Shown here piece by piece: positions 8,153 through 18,746 of a DNA stretch of 64,000 nucleotides. The notes beneath the pieces were generated by a model, which did no database searches, was not told the origin of the DNA, and worked only from the letters and a program-made list of their open reading frames with translations. The stretch covers positions 21 through 64,020 of the forward strand of contig CASFGU010000023.1 of NCBI GenBank assembly GCA_949294395.1, given 5' to 3'. The first letter of the stretch is position 1; every line of letters starts with the position of its first letter. Source of the stretch: an uncultured bacterium. Its GTDB lineage: Bacteria > Cyanobacteriota > Vampirovibrionia > Gastranaerophilales > Gastranaerophilaceae. A program made the position numbers and the translations under genes.

Positions 8153-9811
8153 TTACCAGATAATAACAATTGCTCCAGGCTTACCTGCGGTGGCTGCCAT
8201 ATTTGATACATCCGCATCTGAGCATGATATAGGGCCTCTAAATGTTGAACTTAATTCAACCCCATTAAATTTTCTTATATGCTTGCCGGCCCAGCACCTA
8301 TCTTCTGAGGTGCCGCCGTCGCCGCCACGTCCGAAAGTGTTCAGGTCAATCTCACCGGAACCTGTCGGTACATCATCCATATTTGCAATGTTGGCAGCAC
8401 GGCTGTATGATGATTTTGCGCCATAGACGTTCGGTGATTGTCCTGTCTTGACATTTGATTGTGTAGGGGCTGCCGAAAGTTTTTGTGGGGAGCCGTCTGC
8501 AGGTATTTCAGCCGGTAATTCTTCTACAGGCAAAGGAACCTTCCCTTTCCCGCCTAATCCGCCGGGAACAGAAATTTGATCATCATTTATAGATGTTCTT
8601 TCGCCGGGATTTCCGTTATTACCGGAGTTAAGTGCAGGAGGAAGTCCGCCTCTTCCCGGTTCTAATTTCACAGAAGAACTTTTAAACGACCGTACAAATA
8701 TTGCAAGATATTCTCCGGCAGTACCGCCTTCTCCTGCTGTCATATATTTGGTTTCGTATTCATGACTGTAGGTGTAAGTTGGCGTATGAAGACCTGCACT
8801 ACATGTAGCGTATGAGGTACTTGTACCGTCAGTTCCAGGTGTGCCTGGGGTGACTGTTGTACATATATCGCACTCAGTAGATGGCGAAGCCGAAGCCGGC
8901 CCGCCGCCTGTTCCGCCGGTAACAGAGCAAGATGTTGCGATACTGCCATTTATATAGAGAGCAGCAGACGCTCCGTCGCCATCACCTCCTGCAAGCCCGC
9001 TACCATTAGAAGCTGAGCTTCCTGATGCACCGGTGGCAGCAAGCAAGGAGTCTTGTGTTATCCCAAGATCTACAGGTAATACTGCAGTACTGCAGGTTGC
9101 ACTGGCTCCGCCAGAACCTCCTCCGGTGGGATCCCCAGGCATTTCGTTTGTGCTAGCTTCCCAGCTGCAGGTAACTGTTGCGGTGTCGTATGCGCTACAA
9201 TCTGACGATGATATATAATCTGCAACTTTTGTACCGTCGCAGGTACACTCCCCGTAAGAGGTAAGATATATATGATAAGCATCACTACCATCACCGCCAG
9301 CCCCTGAAGTTGCACAGGCATATATAGTATCTCCGCTAACCAGACTTTTCCATTCTGAATAATCAATATAATAAGGATCACCCATTAGATTCTGTGAGCA
9401 ATATGAAGGTCGTGGGTCTGCATTAGTATTACACCATCCTGTAGCGTCCGTAGTCCCCGTATTTATAGTTGAAGCCCTGGTAGTCCCATCGTATCCGGCA
9501 TCCCCGCCTGAGCCGCCGCCGCCTACAAGCTGGATATAAAAGTAGTTAGCTTTTGCCGGAGGTTCAAATTTGCATTCGGTAACTTTTCTTTTAAATAATC
9601 TTGTTTTTTCAACGTAACGTTCTTCATATAAATCCCCGCTGCTATCTCTGTAACAGGCATATTTCCCGTGTACAATTTTTTTTGGAACACGGGTATGTTT
9701 TTTGGTAATTACTGACATAGATCCGGCTGTAATCAAGGATGCAATCATAAGTAGTAACAGCATCTCAATAAGAGAAAATCCGGATTGTGATTTGTTGCGT
9801 ATTTGTATCAT
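8153..9811 (-). CDS. large prepilin-type protein with Gly/Cys-rich domain (552 aa), paralogue P1
   Basis: Leader MIQIRNKSQSG then FSLIEMLLLLMIASLI. Core motifs HGKYACY, CKFEPPAKANYFYIQLVGGGGSGG, GTAGEYLAIFV and PGRGG. The terminal residues are GKPGAIVIIW. 16 Cys. RBS GAGGAG. Confidence 0.75.
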   Translation of the reverse strand: MIQIRNKSQSGFSLIEMLLLLMIASLITAGSMSVITKKHTRVPKKIVHGKYACYRDSSGDLYEERYVEKTRLFKRKVTECKFEPPAKANYFYIQLVGGGGSGGDAGYDGTTRASTINTGTTDATGWCNTNADPRPSYCSQNLMGDPYYIDYSEWKSLVSGDTIYACATSGAGGDGSDAYHIYLTSYGECTCDGTKVADYISSSDCSAYDTATVTCSWEASTNEMPGDPTGGGSGGASATCSTAVLPVDLGITQDSLLAATGASGSSASNGSGLAGGDGDGASAALYINGSIATSCSVTGGTGGGPASASPSTECDICTTVTPGTPGTDGTSTSYATCSAGLHTPTYTYSHEYETKYMTAGEGGTAGEYLAIFVRSFKSSSVKLEPGRGGLPPALNSGNNGNPGERTSINDDQISVPGGLGGKGKVPLPVEELPAEIPADGSPQKLSAAPTQSNVKTGQSPNVYGAKSSYSRAANIANMDDVPTGSGEIDLNTFGRGGDGGTSEDRCWAGKHIRKFNGVELSSTFRGPISCSDADVSNMAATAGKPGAIVIIW

Positions 9812-9842
9812 TTAATGCTCCTCTATGCTTTCTCAAGAATTT

Positions 9843-10772
9843 TTACCATATTATAACAGCTGCACCATCATTTCCCGGCCGCCCCTGAGCTCCTCCGTTT
9901 CCAGGTGCTGCAGTAACTATATCAGTATCAACCCCTATTGCCTGCAGATAGTTTGTAAATTGTGAAACATCCGCTGCTGTAGTCATATTGGTATCCACCG
10001 TCATTGAAACTTCATAATTGCCGTCAGCATCGCTATAATTGACGAGTGTTCCGCTCATAGTTGTTGTGTTATTGATTCCGTAATCTCCGTTAAATAGTAA
10101 CTGTTCTGTAACGTAAGCATCCGGCTCTGTTCCTGCAATATCGTCCATTGCACAGTATGATACCTGTAAATAATCAGTATAAGCTTTGCAATAAGGCTGT
10201 CTGGAACAGGTATATTTTGCACTTGTTACCGTACAATTTAATACGTGGCTCCCATCCATTGTTGATTTATCAAAACCGTATCCGCCGCCCAGAACCGTTG
10301 CTATCGTTTTAGTTCCGCTGCTATCTACGGTATCAACAGTGGATGAAGTTGATGAACCCCCAACCGCAGCGCCTTTCCCGGGGGTTATTTGCAATTCTTT
10401 TCCTATATCTGTAACAAAGAAACTCTGGTATTCTCCGGCATTCCCGCCATAGCCGCTGGATGAAGATGAACCGGCTCCGCCTCCGCCGACAAGATTTATT
10501 ATATAATACTGAGCATTTTTAATAGGTTTAAACCGGCAAATACTTACTGTTTCAGCTGTACGCGGCATATTTTCAATAAAGTACTGCTGCGTCAGTGTTC
10601 CACTATTGTAGTAGCATTCAAACCTGCCGTGCGGCGCTTTTTCAGCCACAGGTTTACGTTTTTTTGTAAAAACGTTAGCACTGGCTGTTACGAATATAGC
10701 AACTATACCCATAACTACCAGTGTTTCAAACAGTGAAAATGCTAATTTATTATTTTTGTCAAATGTTATCAT
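9843..10772 (-). CDS. prepilin-type protein with Gly-rich domain (309 aa), paralogue P2 (minimal version)
   Basis: Leader ...NNKLA then FSLFETLVVMGIVAIFV. PHGRFECYY, CRFKPIKNAQYYIINLVGGGGAGSSSSSGYGGNAGEYQSFFV, ITPGKGAAVGG. Ends GNDGAAVIIW. 6 Cys. Confidence 0.75.
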   Translation of the reverse strand: MITFDKNNKLAFSLFETLVVMGIVAIFVTASANVFTKKRKPVAEKAPHGRFECYYNSGTLTQQYFIENMPRTAETVSICRFKPIKNAQYYIINLVGGGGAGSSSSSGYGGNAGEYQSFFVTDIGKELQITPGKGAAVGGSSTSSTVDTVDSSGTKTIATVLGGGYGFDKSTMDGSHVLNCTVTSAKYTCSRQPYCKAYTDYLQVSYCAMDDIAGTEPDAYVTEQLLFNGDYGINNTTTMSGTLVNYSDADGNYEVSMTVDTNMTTAADVSQFTNYLQAIGVDTDIVTAAPGNGGAQGRPGNDGAAVIIW

Positions 10773-10783
10773 CTAGAGGTTCC

Positions 10784-12406
10784 TTACCACACTATTACAA
10801 CAGCTCCGCTGTGTCCTTTTTGTGCCGGACATACAACTTCCGGATTATTTAATTTTATCTCATTGCCGTCATCATCTTTAAGTGCTGAGCCATCTCTTGT
10901 ACGGCATGTGTAAACTTGATGGTTTTCAGGCGGTGTTGTATAGGTTTCATTAGCAATAGCTACTCCGTTAAGCGAAATAGTTTCAACTGATGCTGTTTCT
11001 CTGACTATAGAATATGCACCATCTCCGCCCATACCGGTCAGTGTTTCTGTAATTTTTGAAGGCATTTTGCTGTCCTGATCGAGTTCAACAAATGTTGAAA
11101 ACCCGGATGTTAAAGCAAATCGGCCGTCTGCATCCACAGCATCAGTATCCACAAGAGTGTTCCCTTTGAGCCAGAAGTTGTAACTCCCGCCAAGAGCGGT
11201 GGCTTTACCTCCCTTTGCTCTTAGTGCTTCTGTTGCTGAGGCATTTTTCAATTTTATAACAGTATCACCGCCGTCAGTTCCTGCAGGAGAAACATAAGAT
11301 GTTCCTTCATCTCCGCCGCGGCCGATACTTATATCAAGTGACTCTGTTAAACCAGGGAAAAACATTGAGATATATTCTCCGTTATTCCCCATAAATCCAT
11401 ACCTTGTAGAGGCTTTTGTTCCCTGTCTTTTGTATGTTATATCCGGCAGACCTGCTGTTCCGTCAACCTGATAAACTCCGGCTCCGCTATTTGAATGTAT
11501 GTAGCTGACATAGCTGGAAAATGCCGGATTGCTGCAATCTGTGGCCGGATCTGTTGAAAGTGTTCCGCCCGATGTTCCCGGAACCAGGACTATTCCTGCA
11601 AGATGACCATTTGTGCCGTTTTCTCCCCCGGCTAAAACACAGCTAACGTCAGGAGTTGTCACTGTCATGTTCCCTCCGCCTGTGTATAGATCTGTAGGGT
11701 TAATGGTGAAAGGACTTCCGAGAGTTATATCTGTTGTTATCTGCGCGCATGTCCCCGGGCCGCCGCTGCCGCCAGGTGCACTATTTACGTGTCCGTCCCC
11801 ATAAGTTATTGAGTAGGGTTCTCCGTTGCTACCTGCAGCCGCGCAAACATCAAGAGTTATTGACGGTTTATGAGAATTCCAGTATGTTCCAAGCCAGGAT
11901 GTAGGACAGGTACCGCCGCTGCCTCCTGCTGCATCACCCGGATCCGCAATAGTACAATTACTCAGGTCATAAGCGCCGCCGCTTCCCCAGGTAAGGGTAA
12001 CACTATCGTATAAGCCTGTATCAGGTGCGTTTATGACGCCGGATTCAAATATAGGAGTTGTTGAGGTTGGATCATCTGTAACATAAGTGCCCCCGGCTCC
12101 TCCTCCGATTGCCTGTACAATAAAGAACGAAGCTTTTGCCGGCGGATTAAATTCACACTGTGTAACTTCTATCGGTGTAGTTTCTCCATATATTTCATCT
12201 GCTGTGTATTGCATAAGCTTATCACCGTCATAGTAGCACTCAAATCTCCCGTGTGGCGCTCTGTCTGTCTTTTTAGGCATTTTGTTGTATGCTATAGGTG
12301 CCATTGACACTATTAAAAATGATAAAATTACAAGAACAAGCAGCATTTCTGCAAGTGAAAAACCTTTATGTGAGTGCGTATTACTTCTGTTAAGCATATT
12401 TATCAT
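10784..12406 (-). CDS. large prepilin-type protein with Gly/Cys-rich domain, paralogue P3
   Basis: The ORF track extends to 12442. The ATG at 12406 has GGAGA 7 nt upstream. Leader ...THSHKG then FSLAEMLLVLVILSFLIV. PHGRFECYY, CEFNPPAKASFFIVQAIGGGAGG, GNNGEYISMFF, IGRGGDEG. Ends GHSGAVVIVW. 10 Cys. Confidence 0.75.
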   Translation of the reverse strand: MINMLNRSNTHSHKGFSLAEMLLVLVILSFLIVSMAPIAYNKMPKKTDRAPHGRFECYYDGDKLMQYTADEIYGETTPIEVTQCEFNPPAKASFFIVQAIGGGAGGTYVTDDPTSTTPIFESGVINAPDTGLYDSVTLTWGSGGAYDLSNCTIADPGDAAGGSGGTCPTSWLGTYWNSHKPSITLDVCAAAGSNGEPYSITYGDGHVNSAPGGSGGPGTCAQITTDITLGSPFTINPTDLYTGGGNMTVTTPDVSCVLAGGENGTNGHLAGIVLVPGTSGGTLSTDPATDCSNPAFSSYVSYIHSNSGAGVYQVDGTAGLPDITYKRQGTKASTRYGFMGNNGEYISMFFPGLTESLDISIGRGGDEGTSYVSPAGTDGGDTVIKLKNASATEALRAKGGKATALGGSYNFWLKGNTLVDTDAVDADGRFALTSGFSTFVELDQDSKMPSKITETLTGMGGDGAYSIVRETASVETISLNGVAIANETYTTPPENHQVYTCRTRDGSALKDDDGNEIKLNNPEVVCPAQKGHSGAVVIVW

Positions 12407-12545
12407 ACTCAAATCTCCATTTCTCTGCCCAAAAATAATCAATCCCGTATATTTTAATTATACCATATATTTTACAAAATGTAACTATTTTCAGATAGAT
12501 TTTACATAAATCTTAACTCTATATCATATTACAGATTTCTCTGCC

Positions 12546-12575
12546 TTGACACATCCACTATTTTTATGATATAAT
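12546..12575 (+). promoter_or_regulatory. sigma70-like promoter for the divergent pilin gene
   Basis: TTGACA, 18 nt, TATAAT (12546-12551 and 12570-12575), 13 nt before the first ATG. Confidence 0.5.
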
Positions 12576-12588
12576 ATTTACATATACA

Positions 12589-13446
12589 ATGGGGTTGTTG
12601 GATATGTTTATGAAAAAAGAAAAAGCATTTACTTTAGCGGAATTGATGATGGTTTTTGTTGTCATTGGGGTTATTGCTTCCATTGCGGTAGTTACCATAA
12701 AGCCTTTTGAAAAGTCCGTTAAATATTTATATTACAGAATGTATAATGTTATTAATACTGCTATTTATAATGCTATGTTTACCAGAGCAGAATTCCCGGT
12801 CGATTCAAATGATTTTTGTACTGCCTTGTTGGAATTTATTAATTCTAATGAAAATCATTGCGACATTGCAAGAAATGTCAGCCTTTCAGATACTGAATAT
12901 CCGGAGGACAAAGTCCAAATTTTTGCCTCAAACGGTGTTAGATTGTATATTGCTGCTAATGCTGACGGTTCGCCATTTACTCATACTGAGGTGGAAACCA
13001 GCGGTATTAGTGTTACATACAAATATTTCGTAGTTATCGCTGACTTAAATGCTGAAAAAGGTCCTAATACTTCCTTGTGGAAAGAAAATAAAATGGCTGA
13101 TATTGTTGCTTTTGTCGTTACTGATTCTACCGAAGTTGTTCCTGTAGGCTATCCGGAAGTCGATACCCGTTATATGTATGCTAGGGTTGTTTACCCTCCT
13201 GTAGATGATGATCCGGAAAGCAATCTTTCGGAAGCTGTTTCTTATTATGAAGCTAAGAATAGAGCATGGGGTACAACAGTAGATTCTTCTGAAGCTATGT
13301 CTTTTAATTTTCAGGATGATTTCCCTGCTGATTCCCCATTCAAATTACCTCCGGAAGCTTATCCTACAGCACCTTCTTTAGATTTTTCTCAAGGGTGTCT
13401 GGCTAGTAACTCTCCTTGCTATGTAAAAATTGAAGAATACGAATAA
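12589..13446 (+). CDS. prepilin-type N-terminal methylation-domain protein (about 280 aa)
   Basis: MKKEKA then FTLAELMMVFVVIGVIASIAVV. The real start may be the ATG at 12604 or 12610. Acidic/proline-rich C-terminal half. Confidence 0.75.
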   Translation: MGLLDMFMKKEKAFTLAELMMVFVVIGVIASIAVVTIKPFEKSVKYLYYRMYNVINTAIYNAMFTRAEFPVDSNDFCTALLEFINSNENHCDIARNVSLSDTEYPEDKVQIFASNGVRLYIAANADGSPFTHTEVETSGISVTYKYFVVIADLNAEKGPNTSLWKENKMADIVAFVVTDSTEVVPVGYPEVDTRYMYARVVYPPVDDDPESNLSEAVSYYEAKNRAWGTTVDSSEAMSFNFQDDFPADSPFKLPPEAYPTAPSLDFSQGCLASNSPCYVKIEEYE

Positions 13447-13521
13447 TTTTCTTTGTTGTTATTTTCATGAATTTATGCTAATTTTTTGTTAGCAGGTTAT
13501 GCTATCCAAAATGAGGGTATT

Positions 13522-14361
13522 ATGAATAAAAAGAGTATTATAATTACGTCTGTTATTATAGCTGCAGTTCTTGTAGCCGGCGGTGCAGGTTTGTGGGCTT
13601 ATAATTCATCAGCATACGTATATACCGCTGATGCTGTTATTGAACCGGATTTTGTTCCTGTGGAAGCCTCTACGTCCGGCAAAATTAAAAATATTTTTGT
13701 AAAGCCGGATCAAAATGTTACCAGAGGGCAGATTATTGCAGAAATAGAGGTTGTGGAAAATGTTGTTATCAAGCAGCCGTCTGCATCAGGAAATGATGTT
13801 GCTGTAAAAAAAGCAAAACTTAACAAAGCCGAAAAAAATTATAAGCATTTTGCAATAATGTATAAAGACGGGGTTATTCCTCAAGAAGAATATGATCGCT
13901 CATTGAATCAGCTTACAAGGGCTCAGGATGATTATGAAAAAGCAGTTGAGGCTTCTGACTCCGGTAGTGCAAAACAAAAAACAGTTGTTAAAAAGAATAT
14001 TTCAACCTCAAAGGTTTATGCTCCAAAAGATGGTGTTGTTAGTCTTAGCTATCTTAATAAAGGAGAAACCGCGGTTAAGGATAAACCTGTAGTTCTTTTA
14101 GATGCTAACAGACCGAAAGTAACAGCGTATTTTAACCCGAAATATGCAGAAGATTTGAAGGTCGGAAAGGAAGTTAATATCCGTCTAAATAATTACGGTT
14201 CGAAAAAGTTTACCGGTGTGATTGACGCTGTCGGTACGGAACCGGAAATGGATGCCCGTAATAAATCACTTGTTATTCCTGTGCAGATTTCCTTTAAGGA
14301 TGATTTAAACGGCTATACTATCGAAAAAGGTCAACAGGTTAAGGTTAAATTTAAAAAGTAA
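13522..14361 (+). CDS. HlyD-family membrane-fusion (periplasmic adaptor) protein
   Basis: N-terminal TM, lipoyl-like hairpin VEASTSGKIKNIFVKPDQNVTRGQIIAEIE, a coiled-coil, then a second half-lipoyl segment VYAPKDGVV. The start at 13522 has GAGGG upstream; the track start is 13486. Confidence 0.65.
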   Translation: MNKKSIIITSVIIAAVLVAGGAGLWAYNSSAYVYTADAVIEPDFVPVEASTSGKIKNIFVKPDQNVTRGQIIAEIEVVENVVIKQPSASGNDVAVKKAKLNKAEKNYKHFAIMYKDGVIPQEEYDRSLNQLTRAQDDYEKAVEASDSGSAKQKTVVKKNISTSKVYAPKDGVVSLSYLNKGETAVKDKPVVLLDANRPKVTAYFNPKYAEDLKVGKEVNIRLNNYGSKKFTGVIDAVGTEPEMDARNKSLVIPVQISFKDDLNGYTIEKGQQVKVKFKK

Positions 14362-14437
14362 TAAATCTTTACGCGTTTAGTGGCAAAAAAAAATTTTTTC
14401 AGGTTATACTTTATTAGGGAGATAACCTCAAATTATT

Positions 14438-15139
14438 ATGTTTAACCGTATATCAAACGAGAATAAAAGCAAATATTATTTTAAAGCTGTTCCTGATGGA
14501 CAGAAGGCTCGCAAAAGTTATTCCGATTACCGCAACCACAAGAGTGAAAAAACTGATGTATTTACGGGAGTGAAAGTTGCGGCAGGTGCAACCGCAGGAG
14601 CGGTGCTGCCTGTACTTTATTTTTTAAAAAAGCGTGATGGTAAAATAAAAGGAATAAAGCAGTTTTTTTCGCTTGAATACGGTTTTAAAGAGATGATGAC
14701 AGTCAGTCTTGGCGCAATTACCGGAGGTGTACTTGCTGGTATTGCCGGAGAAAAAAATAAAGTTCATAAAAAAAGAAAACTGGATGAGGGAGTTTTTCAG
14801 TTTATGAACACCGCAGTTCCGACAACTCTTGTCTGCGGCGCAATAAAACTCTGCGAAAAAATTAAACCACTGAACCACAGCACCTATAAAATGATAGGTA
14901 CAGGTGCGGGACTTATCAGCGGAATGTATCTCGGTGCAGAAATTTCAAATAAAATAAATGATCCGAAGGATAAAGTTCCGGACAGAAAATTAACAATGAA
15001 AGATGCTATTGCAAATGTGGATGATGCGTTCGGTGCACTTGTCATTGCGAAGTTTCCGGGAGTTAAGCATCTGCATGTTGAAAAAGCCCTGCCTGTAATC
15101 TTTTCATGGTGCGGATACAGGGCAGGGCAGAGTAATTAA
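14438..15139 (+). CDS. hypothetical membrane protein (233 aa)
   Basis: ORF with Gly-zipper-like TM segments (GATAGAVLPV, GAITGGVLAGIAG, GTGAGLISGMYLGA). No family recognised. Confidence 0.45.
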   Translation: MFNRISNENKSKYYFKAVPDGQKARKSYSDYRNHKSEKTDVFTGVKVAAGATAGAVLPVLYFLKKRDGKIKGIKQFFSLEYGFKEMMTVSLGAITGGVLAGIAGEKNKVHKKRKLDEGVFQFMNTAVPTTLVCGAIKLCEKIKPLNHSTYKMIGTGAGLISGMYLGAEISNKINDPKDKVPDRKLTMKDAIANVDDAFGALVIAKFPGVKHLHVEKALPVIFSWCGYRAGQSN

Positions 15140-15183
15140 TTTTCATGATTTCCCCGGCAGGTTTGCTCAGCCGGCATAATTTA

Positions 15184-15555
15184 TTAATTTTGAGGATTAT
15201 TTTCCGGAGGCTCTGACGGGGTGGTATTTTCAATTTTGATTTCCCCGTTTTCTTCTACAAAGTTGACATCTTTTGTCTTTCTTTTTTCAAGGATTTTTTT
15301 CAAAGCCGGATCGTCAGATCTTATGTCTGCGTTCTCCAGTTCCCGCTTTTTCTTTTCTTTTTGAGCCTGAATGTCTTGAGTTTCATCAATTTCCTGTTTC
15401 CTGAAAATTTGCTGCTGCATTAACTGCATATCGTGGCGGTGTATTCCCTGAAGCCCCTGAATGTCATTTACGGCTGACGGCGGAAGTTCAGGATACGCTC
15501 CGGCTGTGCAGGTGCAAATTCCGCAGGCAATGATTAAGAGTGCAAGCTTTTTCAT
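15184..15555 (-). CDS. small secreted (possibly lipo-) protein, charged and coiled
   Basis: Signal peptide MKKLALLIIACGICTCTAGA. The mature part resembles the N-terminal pre-POTRA segment of the TpsB at 51192. Confidence 0.55.
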   Translation of the reverse strand: MKKLALLIIACGICTCTAGAYPELPPSAVNDIQGLQGIHRHDMQLMQQQIFRKQEIDETQDIQAQKEKKKRELENADIRSDDPALKKILEKRKTKDVNFVEENGEIKIENTTPSEPPENNPQN

Positions 15556-15569
15556 AAAAATACTCCTTT

Positions 15570-16295
15570 CTACTTAATCTGGAAAGTAACATTTGCAACT
15601 GATGTAATTTTTTTATCAATTGTAGAGGTGTCGCTAATGCCCATATCTGAAACGTTTGTGGAATCTACCGGTGTAATCTGGAAAACTCCCATTCTGACAG
15701 ATTGAATTTTGCCGGTTCTGTTGTGTGTAGCTTTTAACATGGCATCAGCACGCTGTTTTGCGTCTTTGGTGGCTTCTTCAAGCATCTGAACTTTGTCATC
15801 AGCAAGTTTCGAATAAAAGTATTCAGGATTGTAAGCATCAATATCTATGCCGTCTTTTATCAGTGAAGGAAGTTCTACAGAAAGTGTTTTAATTTTTTGT
15901 ACATCCTTTGAGGTTACAAACATTGGCTGAGATATGTTGTAGTAAGCAATTTCATTTGTTGAATTACCGTTCGGTAGGGTTTTATAGGTGTAATAGCCGT
16001 TAGGGGATTTTACTTCAATCTCATCATCTGCAAAACCTTTTGATTTGATGAAGTTTTTAACCTCCGGAACCTGTTTGCTTATGGTATCGTAAGCGCCGGC
16101 TTTCGTTGACTGTCTTGTCATTATCCGGAATTCAAGACGTCCGCTATCCGATGTAACGGTTTTGTAAGATGAACCGGTTACTGAAATTACGTCTTTGGAA
16201 ATTCTTGCGGTTACAATTTGAGTTGCCATGATAAGCCCCGCTGCAAGCACTACAGCTAAAATAGTAATCTGAAATTTTTCTAATTTTTCAAACAT
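15570..16295 (-). CDS. SIMPL-domain (DUF541) periplasmic protein
   Basis: N-terminal TM/signal. Typical SIMPL layout with EATKDAKQRADAMLKA and GKIQSVRMGVFQITP. Confidence 0.75.
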   Translation of the reverse strand: MFEKLEKFQITILAVVLAAGLIMATQIVTARISKDVISVTGSSYKTVTSDSGRLEFRIMTRQSTKAGAYDTISKQVPEVKNFIKSKGFADDEIEVKSPNGYYTYKTLPNGNSTNEIAYYNISQPMFVTSKDVQKIKTLSVELPSLIKDGIDIDAYNPEYFYSKLADDKVQMLEEATKDAKQRADAMLKATHNRTGKIQSVRMGVFQITPVDSTNVSDMGISDTSTIDKKITSVANVTFQIK

Positions 16296-16385
16296 ATACT
16301 TCTCCTGTCTACAGATGATAACCTTTTTATTTATTATAACACATATTTGAATTTTACAAAAGTGTAATTTAGTGATATAATATAG

Positions 16386-17822
<1,437 letters not shown>

Positions 17823-17823
17823 A

Positions 17824-18690
17824 TCAGCGTTTGCAATGGCAGTCATCCGGCTTGCCGAATAAAAGCCTCATCATACCCATACGGCTTTTGAGGGTTCTTG
17901 AAACCGTGCAGGTTATGTCATCTACGTTGCTGGTAATTGAATTTACGTTGTCCATTGTCTGCGTAAGATTTCGGGTTGCGCAGTCAATGTTTTTTGTAAT
18001 TTCTTTTATATTGCGGGTAGTCTGATTGAGATTTTCAATACTTTCATCTGTCATATCCTGCTTAATGGAACGGTTAAGCTTCAATGTTGTTAAGCGCAGA
18101 TTTCTTGTTGTCATCTCAAGGTTGCCGGTTGTTCTATTTATGTTACGTTGATTTTCTTTAACTGTGGAATTGAGCGTGTTGAGTAAATCTCCTGCATTTT
18201 TTGTTGTGTTATTTAGTGTTTCTATAAATGTTGAAACATTATCCACGATTAAATCAAGTGTGCCGTTTTCGCTCTGTTCATTCAGAAAGGCTTCTACGCT
18301 TGCAGAAGTTTTGCCCTTGATACGATCCCCGTTTTTTAGCATCGTTTCTGAGGGAAGCTGCGGGTAAACTATATCAATATAGTCAAACTTTTTTCTGTAA
18401 TTTTTTACGCGTGCCGTAACGTTTTTGGGAAGCTGCAAGTCTGCTGGGAAAAATAATATATGGACTTCTGTCTTTGTGTAATCGTCGACAGGCTTGACTT
18501 TAGTTACTTTCCCTATATTAAAACCTTTATAAAATACGCTCATCTTTGGCGGAAGCGGTTCTGCTTCGTCAAACTCAGCAACAATGCGTGTGTATGAAAG
18601 ATACCGGTAAAAGTAATATCCTCCCGGGATTATGACAGCTAAAAATAATAATATTAAAAGTGTTGTTATGATAAAGTTTCTGATTCCCAT
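17824..18690 (-). CDS. MlaD/MCE-domain protein with long helical C-terminal region
   Basis: N-terminal TM, MCE-like beta segment (VFYKGFNIGKVTKVKPVDD...), then about 150 aa of N/T-rich heptad-like helix. Confidence 0.55.
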   Translation of the reverse strand: MGIRNFIITTLLILLFLAVIIPGGYYFYRYLSYTRIVAEFDEAEPLPPKMSVFYKGFNIGKVTKVKPVDDYTKTEVHILFFPADLQLPKNVTARVKNYRKKFDYIDIVYPQLPSETMLKNGDRIKGKTSASVEAFLNEQSENGTLDLIVDNVSTFIETLNNTTKNAGDLLNTLNSTVKENQRNINRTTGNLEMTTRNLRLTTLKLNRSIKQDMTDESIENLNQTTRNIKEITKNIDCATRNLTQTMDNVNSITSNVDDITCTVSRTLKSRMGMMRLLFGKPDDCHCKR

Positions 18691-18746
18691 ACTGGGAATT
18701 TATTATTTTATATCATATAAAACAATTATCTTATGAGGCTATTCTG

